This document shows, in pieces, positions 1 to 9,209 of a DNA stretch of 64,000 nucleotides. Under the pieces are notes generated by a model, which was not told the origin of the DNA, made no database searches, and saw only the letters and a program-made list of their open reading frames with translations. Both the position numbers and the translations under genes were made by a program. The DNA is from Chthoniobacterales bacterium (lineage in GTDB: Bacteria > Verrucomicrobiota > Verrucomicrobiia > Chthoniobacterales > Chthoniobacteraceae). Numbering within the stretch: the stretch's first letter is position 1; every line of letters begins with the position of its first letter. The stretch is from positions 192,001 to 256,000 of the forward strand of contig JBBQZX010000002.1 of the NCBI GenBank assembly GCA_038207335.1, written 5' to 3'.

Positions 1-805
1 AAAGTGTCTTGATCGCGTCGGCCGGATGATTTCCCGCGACCAGAAAAACCGGGCGCATAATCGGGTAATTCCCGGTCTCCACATCCGCCTCGGTTGGTTG
101 CACCACTCGACCGTCCGGCTTCTTGATTCCCAACGCGAAAGAACTCTTCGCGTTTGCATAACGCGGCGCAATCACCGTCATCGAGCCCGCGTTAAACTCC
201 ACCGAATCGCGCGCATCCTCCGGCGTCGGCACGATTTCGAAATCCCCGAGAGGCGCATTCCGCACCTCATCGTAGAGCCAAGTCGCAAATTCCTCCCAAG
301 CCCCGTATCCCGACTGCGGGCGGTAAAATTTGATCTCGCGATCGTCCCCACCGACCTGCTTCCAATTCCGAATCTTTCGCTCAAAAATCCCGGTCATCTG
401 CTCGCGGGTCAAAGTATGCACACCCGAGAGCCAGACATCCTCCGCGACGACCAGGGCGAACACCTCCGAGCCAATCCGCAACTCCTCGAATCGCCGCGAC
501 GGAAAAGTAGCGCGGTCTTCTGCTGTCAGCGCGCGACTTGTCACGGCCACATCGACATTTTCGGCACCTACGGCAGCGATCGCCTGGCTGCTTCCCGCAC
601 CAACGAGCATTTTCAATTCGACGCCTGTTTCCGATTTGAACTCAGACGCCGCAGCCCTGACGGGGATGGTCGCGATGACGGAACCCTGCACGCGCAGCGT
701 GTCCGCACCGCGCGCCGATAATGTCCCAGTCAAAAGGACGGTGGCGACGAAAGCGGGAAAGCAGCTCGCCTTCCTGAAGCGGGGCATGGGGATGGAGTCA
801 CTCAT
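1..805 (-). CDS. PstS-like (PBP2 fold) periplasmic substrate-binding protein, 3' end runs off the window
   Basis: Not in the ORF track; translated by hand from ATG 805 (alternative 787): MSDSIPMPRFRKASCFPAFVATVLLTGTLSARGADTLRVQGS...GAGSSQAIAAV...DVAVTSRAL...LTREQMTGIFERKIRNWKQVGG...GNYPIMRPVFLV; signal peptide plus PstS-family motifs. Confidence 0.75.
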   Translation of the reverse strand, partial: MSDSIPMPRFRKASCFPAFVATVLLTGTLSARGADTLRVQGSVIATIPVRAAASEFKSETGVELKMLVGAGSSQAIAAVGAENVDVAVTSRALTAEDRATFPSRRFEELRIGSEVFALVVAEDVWLSGVHTLTREQMTGIFERKIRNWKQVGGDDREIKFYRPQSGYGAWEEFATWLYDEVRNAPLGDFEIVPTPEDARDSVEFNAGSMTVIAPRYANAKSSFALGIKKPDGRVVQPTEADVETGNYPIMRPVFLVAGNHPADAIKTL

Positions 806-862
806 CAAATCCGCAAATTCTAACGATCGCCAGCCGCGCGTCGAGTTCAGGAGGTCCGTAAC

Positions 863-906
863 AAAGAAAAAACCCGCGCTGCGCATCGGGGAATGCGCAG
901 CGCGGG
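863..906 (-). terminator. Intrinsic terminator after rpsI
   Basis: 14-bp stem CCCGCGCTGCGCAT/ATGCGCAGCGCGGG followed on the minus strand by a T-rich run. Confidence 0.85.
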
Positions 907-946
907 CTCGAGGAGGAAAGCCACTGGGGGGCTTTCGACAAAATGA

Positions 947-1336
947 TTACCGCTTCGAGAACTGGAAGCGTTTGCGCGCGCCAGGCTGACCGGGCTTCTT
1001 GCGCTCGCGCATCCGCGAGTCGCGAGTCAGCAAGCCCTCGACCTTTAAAGCACCGCGAAGCTCGGGATTCACCTCGATGAGCGCGCGGGAAATCGCGAGC
1101 CGAATCGCGCCGGCCTGGCCATTGACTCCGCCGCCGTGAGCATTCACGGACACATCAAACGCGTTCGGTGTCTTCGCGACCTCAAACGGGCTGAGCACGG
1201 TGTTCTGCAAATCGACCGTTTTGAAATACTCGTCGAACGGTTTGCCGTTCACTTCGATTTTCCCCGTGCCAGCCGACATCCGGATGCGGGCGACTGCGGT
1301 CTTGCGACGACCAGTGGTGATGAATTCTTGGGACAT
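947..1336 (-). CDS. rpsI: 30S ribosomal protein S9
   Basis: TGRRKTAVARI, GGGVNGQAGAIR, C-terminal RKKPGQPGARKRFQFSKR. Confidence 0.99.
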   Translation of the reverse strand: MSQEFITTGRRKTAVARIRMSAGTGKIEVNGKPFDEYFKTVDLQNTVLSPFEVAKTPNAFDVSVNAHGGGVNGQAGAIRLAISRALIEVNPELRGALKVEGLLTRDSRMRERKKPGQPGARKRFQFSKR

Positions 1337-1350
1337 AAAAACGTGCGAAA

Positions 1351-1785
1351 CTACTTGATCTCGGCAATTGCGCGGGGTGCTTGCGCCGCGTGCGGATGAT
1401 CGGAACCGCGATAAACTTTGAGCTTCGTGAACGAAGAGCGACCGAGCCGGTTGTGGGGAAGCATCCCTTTCACAGCGTGCTCGATTAGCAATTCCGGCCG
1501 ACGCGCGCGGCGCGCCTTGAAAGTCTCGGTGTGATGCCCGCCGACGAAACCGGAGAAGCTCATGAACGTCTTGTCAGTCTCTTTCTTGCCGGTCACGCGC
1601 ACTTTTTCCGCATTTATCACGATCACGAAATCGCCGGTATCGACGTGATTGGTGACGATCGCTTTTTCTTTCCCGCGCAGCAGATTTGCGGCTTTGACAG
1701 CGACGCGCCCGAGCACTTGATCGGCAGCGTCAATGACCCACCATTGGCGGTCAACTTCGTGTGTTTTTGCGGAAAATGTCTTCAT
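1351..1785 (-). CDS. rplM: 50S ribosomal protein L13
   Basis: [41 protein letters not shown]; immediately upstream of rpsI. Confidence 0.99.
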   Translation of the reverse strand: MKTFSAKTHEVDRQWWVIDAADQVLGRVAVKAANLLRGKEKAIVTNHVDTGDFVIVINAEKVRVTGKKETDKTFMSFSGFVGGHHTETFKARRARRPELLIEHAVKGMLPHNRLGRSSFTKLKVYRGSDHPHAAQAPRAIAEIK

Positions 1786-1818
1786 GAAATCCTAGCTTTT
1801 GGTCGGAAAAGGGTGCGC

Positions 1819-1847
1819 AAGCTAGTGAGGTCGACAATGTGTGTCAA
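1819..1847 (-). promoter_or_regulatory. Sigma70-type promoter of rplM-rpsI
   Basis: TTGACA (1847-1842), 17-nt spacer, TAGCTT (1824-1819). Confidence 0.7.
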
Positions 1848-1962
1848 CGGATTTATCGGAAAACCTCAACCGCTCGCAAAAGACCGTGCACACAGTATTT
1901 GCGGTCGCATTAGTTGCCTCGGGCTTGACCCCGCCCCCGCCCATCCCGACGCTCCGCCGCTC

Positions 1963-4542
1963 ATGTCGCTCCTGACCCCGGCAAAGCAGTCCGCCACACG
2001 CTGGCACGAAGTCCGCACCGCCGACGGCACGCCACGCGAAATCTACGCAAAGCTCCTCCGAGACCTCACCGAACTCGCACCTGCCGACGTGCGCGCGCTC
2101 GAAGATCGCATGGCCGCCACTCTCCGCGAAATGGGCGTCACTTTCGACATCATCCGCAATGATCCGTGGGGCCGCCGCCCTTGGACATGCGACCTGCTTC
2201 CGCAGATTTTTCTCGGCGAAGAATGGGCGCGTATCGTCCGCGGTTTTCGCCAGCGGCTGCGCGCGTTCGAGATGTTTCTCGCCGACGTTTACGGGCCCCG
2301 CGAAATCCTCCGCGCAGGCGTCGTCCCGGTGCAGACCGTTCTCGGTAGTCCGCATTATCAAAGCGCGTCGATCGGACTTCCGCGGCCCCGGAATGCTTAT
2401 CTCCACTTGAGCGGACTCTGTCTTGCTCGCGACGCACACGGCGCGCTGCAGGTGAAGCAACAGCATTTTGGACACGCCACCGGCATCTCCTACATGCTGC
2501 AAAATCGCCGCGCGCTCGCCCGCATCGCGCCCGAGTTTTTCCAGGACGAGCCGGTCCAATCGCTCGCCGAATCCTCCCTCCTCATCCTTGAGCAACTCCG
2601 CGAAGCCGCCGCGTCTTTTGGGGGCGAGCCGACCGTCGTCCTCCTCTCTCCAGGCGCAGGCAGCGCGGTATCGTTCGAGCAGAGTTTCCTCGCGCGGCGA
2701 ATGGGCATTCCGATGGTCGAGGGAGGCGACCTGCTCGTCCTCGACGACTGTGTCTTCCTCAAAACCGTGCGCGGCCTGGAGCGCGTCGAGGTCATCTGCA
2801 ATCGCGTCCCCGACTCTTATCTCGACCCTCTCGTCTTCCGCCGCGACTCACTCCTTGGCGTCCCGGGTCTCGTGCATTGCCTGCGAAAAGGGACCGTCGC
2901 GCTCGTCAATTCCGTCGGCAGCCAACTCGCCGACGACCGCACGCTGCTCGCATTTTCGCAGCAAATCATCCGTTTCTATTTAAATGAATCGTCCGTCCTC
3001 CCGACCGTGCCCACACGCTGGCTCGGCGATATCGACCAGCGCGAGGAGGTGCTGGAAAAGCTCGACCAATGGCGCATCCGGCCGGTCGTCGGCGACTGGC
3101 GTGGCGATGTCGCATCGCTCCGGAAGCAAGCACCCATCAGCGAAAGCGACCCGGCCTTCCTCGCGGAGGTTCGGAAAAATCCCGCGCGCTTCGTCGCGCA
3201 GCCGAGCGAGCAGGGCGCGGCCACGATCTGTTTTTCAAATGGCCGGCCCGTCGAATTTTCGCAAGACCACCTCGTCTTCGCGGTCCGCTCCGGCGCGGAA
3301 TTTTCAGTCCTGCCCGGCGCGCTCACTCGCGTGCATTCGAGCACCGATGCCGTTGGCGAATTCGGCGCCGGCTGGACCAGCAAAGACACGTGGATTCTTC
3401 CCGATGAGAACACCGCGCCGCTGATCCCGACCATCGGACATCGCGTGCCCGATGCCCACCTTCCGCCGCGCCAGGTCACGAGCCGCGCCGCCGAGTCATT
3501 CTATTGGATGGGCCGCTACCTCGAGCGCGCGCATCACCAAGCATACCTCATTTCCGTCGTCGAGACGCTCGAGACTGAGGAGCTAAATTCCGCCGAGCGA
3601 AAGCACTATCGCCCCATGTGGAATAAGCTCCTGCCGCCAATCGAGAAAAGCAGCGGCACGAGCCGCCGCAGCATCTCGAATCGCATCGACCGCTACCGCC
3701 TCGTCCTGCTCCCGGAGCCCGGCTCCGTCCTCACAACCTACCTCCGCGCCATCTCGAATGCCGAGTCCGTGCAGGACAGCCTCAGCCCCGAGGCATGGGC
3801 CACGCTGAACAACCTCCGCAGCCGCCTCTACCGCACCCCATTTCGCGAAGCCGTTTCCGAGCTCGAGGCCGTCCGCATCACACGCCGCGTCGCCGATTTT
3901 GCCACGCAGATCATCCCGCAGTTTTTCGCTATCGCGGCGAACACCATGCTCGCCGACGACGCTTGGCGCTTCTGCGAAATCGGAAGAATGCTCGAGCGCG
4001 CGGTGATCACCGCGAACTCCGTCCTCTCGATCAGCGGCACACTCACCTCCTCGCCCGCCGGCAATCAGATGCACAGCTCCGAGATCGAGCTCAGCGCATT
4101 CCTCCGCCTACTCGGCACGCGCGATGCCTACCGCCGCATCTACCAAATGCGCGCCACGCCCATCCACGTCCTCGAGCTACAAATCCAGCATCCGCAGGTC
4201 CCGCGCAGCCTCCGCCACTGCTTGGAAAAATGCCGCGAACTCCTGCGCGCATCCATCGCCGAGGAAACGCTCGCCTCTGCAAAAGCGCCCGCCGCGATGG
4301 ACGACCTCATCCGCGAGATCCGACGTATCGACTGGCGAAATTTCGTCGCTCTCCCGCGCGACGAAGACCCCGCGCCCGACTCCGCAAAAGCCCCGCGCCA
4401 GCCGCGTCCTGCCGAACTCGAACCCCTGCTCCTCCAGCTTCTGAACCGCACCCGCGACCTCCACACATCGATCGCCGACAGTTTCTTGAATCACCAAGCC
4501 CGCATCGCCCAAGTCACCCAGCCGCTCCTCAGCGGCCTCTAA
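1963..4542 (+). CDS. Circularly permuted type-2 ATP-grasp protein fused to an alpha-E domain (catalytic motifs degenerate)
   Basis: EEWARIVRG..QRLRAFEMFLADVYG, YLDPLVFRRDSLLGVPGL, VLPGALTRV, SKDTWI; alpha-E ER motifs YWMGRYLERA and EIGRMLERA; start moved to ATG 1963 because the longer ORF overlaps rplM. Confidence 0.88.
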   Translation: MSLLTPAKQSATRWHEVRTADGTPREIYAKLLRDLTELAPADVRALEDRMAATLREMGVTFDIIRNDPWGRRPWTCDLLPQIFLGEEWARIVRGFRQRLRAFEMFLADVYGPREILRAGVVPVQTVLGSPHYQSASIGLPRPRNAYLHLSGLCLARDAHGALQVKQQHFGHATGISYMLQNRRALARIAPEFFQDEPVQSLAESSLLILEQLREAAASFGGEPTVVLLSPGAGSAVSFEQSFLARRMGIPMVEGGDLLVLDDCVFLKTVRGLERVEVICNRVPDSYLDPLVFRRDSLLGVPGLVHCLRKGTVALVNSVGSQLADDRTLLAFSQQIIRFYLNESSVLPTVPTRWLGDIDQREEVLEKLDQWRIRPVVGDWRGDVASLRKQAPISESDPAFLAEVRKNPARFVAQPSEQGAATICFSNGRPVEFSQDHLVFAVRSGAEFSVLPGALTRVHSSTDAVGEFGAGWTSKDTWILPDENTAPLIPTIGHRVPDAHLPPRQVTSRAAESFYWMGRYLERAHHQAYLISVVETLETEELNSAERKHYRPMWNKLLPPIEKSSGTSRRSISNRIDRYRLVLLPEPGSVLTTYLRAISNAESVQDSLSPEAWATLNNLRSRLYRTPFREAVSELEAVRITRRVADFATQIIPQFFAIAANTMLADDAWRFCEIGRMLERAVITANSVLSISGTLTSSPAGNQMHSSEIELSAFLRLLGTRDAYRRIYQMRATPIHVLELQIQHPQVPRSLRHCLEKCRELLRASIAEETLASAKAPAAMDDLIREIRRIDWRNFVALPRDEDPAPDSAKAPRQPRPAELEPLLLQLLNRTRDLHTSIADSFLNHQARIAQVTQPLLSGL

Positions 4543-4609
4543 GTCTCGCAAAACCGGTGCGCGCAAGCATCGCTCTATTTTTAGAATCTGCCGAAATCCC
4601 AACTCTCAA

Positions 4610-6337
4610 ATGACGCCCCGCCTTTCTCCCGAGCAGCTTCGCAGCTACCGCTGGTTCGGCCCGAACGACCTCCGCAGCTTCGGCCACCGCTCCCGCGCGC
4701 GCCAGATGGGCCTTGGCCCCGAAGACTGGCAGGGAAAGCCAATCATCGCGATTTTAAATACGTGGAGCGAACTGAACCCGTGTCACCTCCACTTCAAAAT
4801 CCTCGCCGAGCATGTGAAAAAAGGCGTCCTGCAGGCCGGCGGAATGCCCGTCGAGGTGCCACTGCTTTCGCTCAGCGAGAGCTACATGAAGCCGACAACC
4901 ATGCTCTATCGCAACCTCCTCGCGATGGAGACCGAAGAGGTCATCCGCTGCCATCCGATCGACGGCTCGGTGCTGCTCGGCGCGTGCGATAAAACCACGC
5001 CCGCGCTCATCATGGGCGCCACCTCCGCAGAGCTGCCGTTCATCTTCGTCCCCGGCGGCCCGATGCTGCGCGGGAACTGGCGCGGGCAGGTCCTCGGCAG
5101 CGGCTCCGATGCGTGGAAATATTGGGACGAAAAACGCGCTGGAAATCTCAGCGAGGAGGCATGGTGCGAAATCGAGGACGGCATTGCGCGGAGCCACGGA
5201 CATTGCATGACCATGGGCACCGCCTCGACCATGACCGCCATCGCCGAGACGCTCGGCCTCACGCTCCCCGGCGCGTCGTCGATCCCTGCCGTGGACATGG
5301 CCCACTGGCGCATGGCCGCCGCATCCGGGCGGCAGATCGTCGAGAATGTCTGGGCCGATCTGCGGCCCTCGCAAATCCTCACCGTCGACGCATTTCACAA
5401 TGCGATCGTCGCCGACATGGCCGTCGGCGGCTCTACCAATGCGATCATCCACCTCATCGCGATGGCCGCCCGTGCGGGCGTAAAATTGCCCCTCGAAAAA
5501 TTCGACGAAGTCTCCCGCGAAACCCCGCGGTTGGCTGATCTCCGGCCCGCCGGCCGCTTCCTCATGGAAGACTTTTACTTTGCCGGCGGCCTCCGCGCAT
5601 TGCTCGCGCAGCTCGAAAATTCTCTTCATCGCGACACGCTCACCGTCAACGCTAAGACCCTCGGCGAAAACCTCGCGGGCGCCGAAATCCACAATCCCGA
5701 AGTCATTCGCCCGCTCACCAATCCGTGCGCGCCCGAGGGCGGCACCGCCATCCTCCGCGGCAACCTCGCGCCCAGCGGCGCCGTCATCAAACACGCCGCA
5801 ATGGAGCCGCGATTCATGCAGCACACAGGCCCAGCACTCGTCTTCACCGACTACAACGACCTCGCCGCGCGCATCGACGACCCCTCGCTCGAAGTCACCG
5901 CCGCCTCCGTCATCGTCCTCCAAAATGCCGGCCCCATCGGCGCGCCCGGGATGCCCGAGTGGGGCATGTTACCTATCCCGAAAAAACTCCTCGAAGCCGG
6001 CGTCCGCGACATGCTCCGCATTTCCGACGCCCGCATGAGCGGCACCAGCTACGGAGCGTGTGTCCTCCACATCGCCCCCGAATCCGCCATCGGTGGCCCG
6101 CTCGCATTGGTGAAAAATGGCGATCTCATCACTCTCGACATCCCCGCCCGCCGGCTCGACGTGCAGCTCAGCGACAATGAGCTCGCCGCCCGCAAAGCCT
6201 CATGGACACAGCGTCCCCGGCCCACGCGCCGTGGATACCTCTCGCTCTTTCTGAATGAAGTCACCCAAGCCGACGAAGGCTGCGACTTCAAATTCCTCCA
6301 CGCCGAAGACGCCACCGCCGAACCCGAAATCCACTGA
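4610..6337 (+). CDS. IlvD/Edd-family [Fe-S] dehydratase, L-arabinonate dehydratase-like
   Basis: LNPCH, GACDKTTP, GHCMTMGTASTM, GGSTNAIIHL, GMPEWG, RISDARMSGTSYG. Confidence 0.9.
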   Translation: MTPRLSPEQLRSYRWFGPNDLRSFGHRSRARQMGLGPEDWQGKPIIAILNTWSELNPCHLHFKILAEHVKKGVLQAGGMPVEVPLLSLSESYMKPTTMLYRNLLAMETEEVIRCHPIDGSVLLGACDKTTPALIMGATSAELPFIFVPGGPMLRGNWRGQVLGSGSDAWKYWDEKRAGNLSEEAWCEIEDGIARSHGHCMTMGTASTMTAIAETLGLTLPGASSIPAVDMAHWRMAAASGRQIVENVWADLRPSQILTVDAFHNAIVADMAVGGSTNAIIHLIAMAARAGVKLPLEKFDEVSRETPRLADLRPAGRFLMEDFYFAGGLRALLAQLENSLHRDTLTVNAKTLGENLAGAEIHNPEVIRPLTNPCAPEGGTAILRGNLAPSGAVIKHAAMEPRFMQHTGPALVFTDYNDLAARIDDPSLEVTAASVIVLQNAGPIGAPGMPEWGMLPIPKKLLEAGVRDMLRISDARMSGTSYGACVLHIAPESAIGGPLALVKNGDLITLDIPARRLDVQLSDNELAARKASWTQRPRPTRRGYLSLFLNEVTQADEGCDFKFLHAEDATAEPEIH

Positions 6338-6342
6338 CCCAA

Positions 6343-7257
6343 ATGAAAACCACCTTCACTCCCAACGACCTCCAGACATCCATCATCGCCGTCCCGCCAC
6401 TCTGCCGCGACTCCGCTTTGCGCGTCGATGTCGCGGAAAATAGGCGCCTCATCCGCCACATCGAGGCCGGCGGCGTCTCGACGCTCCTCTACGGCGGCAA
6501 CGCGAATTTCTACAACATCGCCCCCACCGAATACGGCGAAACCCTCGACATCCTCGAAGCCGCCGCCGCGCAAGACACATGGGTCATCCCCTCGGTCGGC
6601 CCGTATTTCGGCACGATGATGGACCAAGCCGCGAGCCTCGCGCGCCGCAAATTTCCCACCGCGATGATCCTCCCGACCATCGCCGTCAGCTCGCCGGAAG
6701 GCGTGCGCGTCGCCGTCATGAAATTCGTCGAAAAGGCCGGCATCCCCGCCGTCCTTTACATCAAAGACGCCGGATACGTGACCCTCGAAGTCGTGAAATC
6801 CCTCGTCACCGCCGGCGTCATCTCGTGGATCAAATACGCCGTCGTCCGACCCGACCCTGCTGAAGATCCCCTGCTCCGCTCGATCGTTGAAAGCATCGAC
6901 CCCGGGCTCATCGTTAGCGGCATCGGTGAGCAGCCCGCGATCAAGCACTGGAGCGGCTTCGGCATCCGCGCCTTCACCAGCGGTTGCGTCTGTGTCGCCC
7001 CACGCCGTTCGCAAGAAATGCTCCACGCGCTGCGCTCGGGCGACCTCGACGTCGCCGAAGAGATCCGCGCCCGTTTCGAACCCCTCGAGGCACTCCGCAA
7101 CACCCACGGCCCCATCCCGGTCCTCCACCACGCTGTCGCCGCCGCCGGCATCGCCGCTACCGGGCCCGCCCTCCCCCTCCTCTCCGACCTCGACGAAGCC
7201 ACAAATACAAAAATCGCCGAAGCAGCCCGCACCACTCTCGACTGGAACGACGCATAG
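6343..7257 (+). CDS. DHDPS/NAL-family aldolase or dehydratase (2-keto-3-deoxy sugar acid enzyme)
   Basis: TIM-barrel pattern LLYGGNANFY, VLYIK, Schiff-base Lys candidate in WIKYAV; 5 nt after the dehydratase. Confidence 0.8.
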   Translation: MKTTFTPNDLQTSIIAVPPLCRDSALRVDVAENRRLIRHIEAGGVSTLLYGGNANFYNIAPTEYGETLDILEAAAAQDTWVIPSVGPYFGTMMDQAASLARRKFPTAMILPTIAVSSPEGVRVAVMKFVEKAGIPAVLYIKDAGYVTLEVVKSLVTAGVISWIKYAVVRPDPAEDPLLRSIVESIDPGLIVSGIGEQPAIKHWSGFGIRAFTSGCVCVAPRRSQEMLHALRSGDLDVAEEIRARFEPLEALRNTHGPIPVLHHAVAAAGIAATGPALPLLSDLDEATNTKIAEAARTTLDWNDA

Positions 7258-7279
7258 CCGCACGGCTTCGGGGAGCGCG

Positions 7280-8431
7280 CTACCCCTCCAACTCCGGCAC
7301 ATCCACCCACGCCCGCTTCTCCCAGCTTTTCAGTCCGAGTTCCGCAAGCTGCACTCCTTTCGCCCCCTCCAGCAGCCCCCACGGAAACGGCTCGTCGAGC
7401 ACGACGTGCCGCAGAAAAAGCTCCCACTGCACTTTGAACGCATTGTCAAAAACTTGGTAGTCGGGCACCCGATTCCACCCGTCGGAAAAGTCGATCGGGC
7501 TGTCAATGTCCGGATTCCACGTGCATCGCGGCGTCGCACTCGAGTGCTGTACCACACAATCCCGCAAGCCCGCCACCGCACTCCCGCGCGTCCCATCGAC
7601 CTGCAGCGTCAGCAGATCATCCCGCCGCACGCGCACGCTCCAAGACGAGTTGAATTGCGCGATCACCCCGCCCTCCAGCTCGAACGTCGCATACGCCGAG
7701 TCATCCGCCGTGCAGCGATACGGCTTCCCATCTTCATCTCGCCGCTCCCGCACATGCGTCGCCCCGAGACAGCTCAGTGCAGTCACTTTTCCAAACAGAT
7801 TATCGAGCACGTATCGCCAGTGGCAGAGCATATCCACGATGATGCCGCCGTCGTCCTCCTTCCGATAATTCCACGACGGCCGCTGCGGCTCGACCACATC
7901 CCCCTCGAAGACCCAGTACCCAAATTCTCCACGCACGCTCAGGATCTCGCCGAAAAATCCCGAGTCGATCAGCGTCTTCAGCTTCACCAAACCAGGCAGC
8001 CACAGCTTGTCCTGAACGACCCCGTGCTTGATCCCCGCGCGCTTTGCCACTTCGTAGATTTCAAACGCCGCCGCCGTGCTCACCGCCGTCGGCTTTTCGC
8101 AGTAAACGTGCTTCCCCGCCGCGATGGCTTTTTTCACCGCATCGGCCCGCCGCCCTGTCGTCTGCGCGTCGAAATAGATCACGTTCCTCACATCCGCGAG
8201 TGCCGCATCGAGATCGGTCGTGTGCCGCAAGCGCGCATCCATCGTCGCGAGTTCCGCGAGCTTCGCCGCATTCCGCCCGACCAGAATCGGGTCCGGCATA
8301 ATCGTCTCGCTCTCACTCACGCGCACCCCGCCCTGCCGCATGATCGCGAGGATCGAGCGGATAAAATGCTGATTTTTCCCCATTCGTCCCGTGACGCCAT
8401 TGAGGATGATCCCGACCGTGTGCTGCTTCAT
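7280..8431 (-). CDS. Gfo/Idh/MocA-family NAD(P) oxidoreductase
   Basis: NGVTGRMG, KHVYCEKP, RGEFGYWVFEG, GGIIVDMLCHW. Confidence 0.9.
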   Translation of the reverse strand: MKQHTVGIILNGVTGRMGKNQHFIRSILAIMRQGGVRVSESETIMPDPILVGRNAAKLAELATMDARLRHTTDLDAALADVRNVIYFDAQTTGRRADAVKKAIAAGKHVYCEKPTAVSTAAAFEIYEVAKRAGIKHGVVQDKLWLPGLVKLKTLIDSGFFGEILSVRGEFGYWVFEGDVVEPQRPSWNYRKEDDGGIIVDMLCHWRYVLDNLFGKVTALSCLGATHVRERRDEDGKPYRCTADDSAYATFELEGGVIAQFNSSWSVRVRRDDLLTLQVDGTRGSAVAGLRDCVVQHSSATPRCTWNPDIDSPIDFSDGWNRVPDYQVFDNAFKVQWELFLRHVVLDEPFPWGLLEGAKGVQLAELGLKSWEKRAWVDVPELEG

Positions 8432-8439
8432 TTGATGAG

Positions 8440-8530
8440 GTTGAGAGTTCCTAGTTGAGAGTTGAGATGCGATGAGAAGTGAACGCTCCGAGCGTATCTC
8501 GCTCAACTCTCAACCAACCAACTCTCAACT
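8440..8530. repeat. Palindromic element built from GTTGAGA heptamers
   Basis: GTTGAGAGTTCCTAGTTGAGAGTTGAG ... CTCAACTCTCAACCAACCAACTCTCAAC. Confidence 0.8.
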
Positions 8531-8744
8531 AATCCTCATCCGTGCCCCACAGGTGCTCCTGCGTCCACTTCGATTCGTAGAGTTTGCACAGTCCGATCGC
8601 CGGCGCGACCCCGCCCGTGAACGACGCCGCCGTCGTGTATTGCTTGTCCTCGTCGTACGTGCCGACGGCAATGACGACGTGCTCGAAATGCTCGCTCAGC
8701 GTTTCAAAAACTCGGTCGATGGCTTCCTGTTGCGATTGGTTCAT
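8529..8744 (-). CDS. Small acidic hypothetical protein (71 aa)
   Basis: Co-oriented ORF filling the gap 9 nt after the cupin gene; protein-like composition. Confidence 0.6.
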   Translation of the reverse strand: MNQSQQEAIDRVFETLSEHFEHVVIAVGTYDEDKQYTTAASFTGGVAPAIGLCKLYESKWTQEHLWGTDED

Positions 8745-8753
8745 GGCTGTGGA

Positions 8754-9206
8754 TTACGTGGATGGTGGCGCGTCCGTGCATTGCGGCCAGGCGCCCACGG
8801 GAAGCGGCGGCGCATCGGCTCCGGCGCGCGGCAGCGTGCCGTCGAGCTCCTGCCGCCAATGCGCCACGTCGCCCGCGGGTCCGTAGCAGTAGATCATGCG
8901 GAGCGGCGTGTCGCCCGTGTTCGTGAGCTGATGAAAAACGCCCGTTGGAATGTAAATCATCTGCCCGCCCTCAACCGTCTGCCGCTCCTCGCCGAGACAC
9001 ATTTCACCCGTCCCTTGGACGATAAAATAAACCTCTTCCTGCTCTTGATTGTGCCACGGCACCTGTCCGCCGCGCGGCTCCAACACTACATTCCCAATTG
9101 CAAAATTTTGCGGCTGAATCGGCGCCACACCGCCCGCAAGATTCTGCGTGCGACGCCCAGCGGGATAAGTGCGACCGGCAATCTGTGAGAGATCGGAAAC
9201 GAGCAT
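8754..9206 (-). CDS. Cupin-domain protein
   Basis: PWHNQEQEEVYFIVQGTG and IPTGVFHQLTN cupin motifs. Confidence 0.9.
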   Translation of the reverse strand: MLVSDLSQIAGRTYPAGRRTQNLAGGVAPIQPQNFAIGNVVLEPRGGQVPWHNQEQEEVYFIVQGTGEMCLGEERQTVEGGQMIYIPTGVFHQLTNTGDTPLRMIYCYGPAGDVAHWRQELDGTLPRAGADAPPLPVGAWPQCTDAPPST

Positions 9207-9209
9207 GGC

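Noticed and set aside
26..989. Plus-strand ORFs of 231 and 219 aa
   Set aside because: Antisense shadows of the minus-strand PstS-like gene; no motifs
1531..1962. N-terminal 144 aa of the 1003-aa ORF
   Set aside because: Overlaps rplM and its promoter; recognisable sequence begins after ATG 1963
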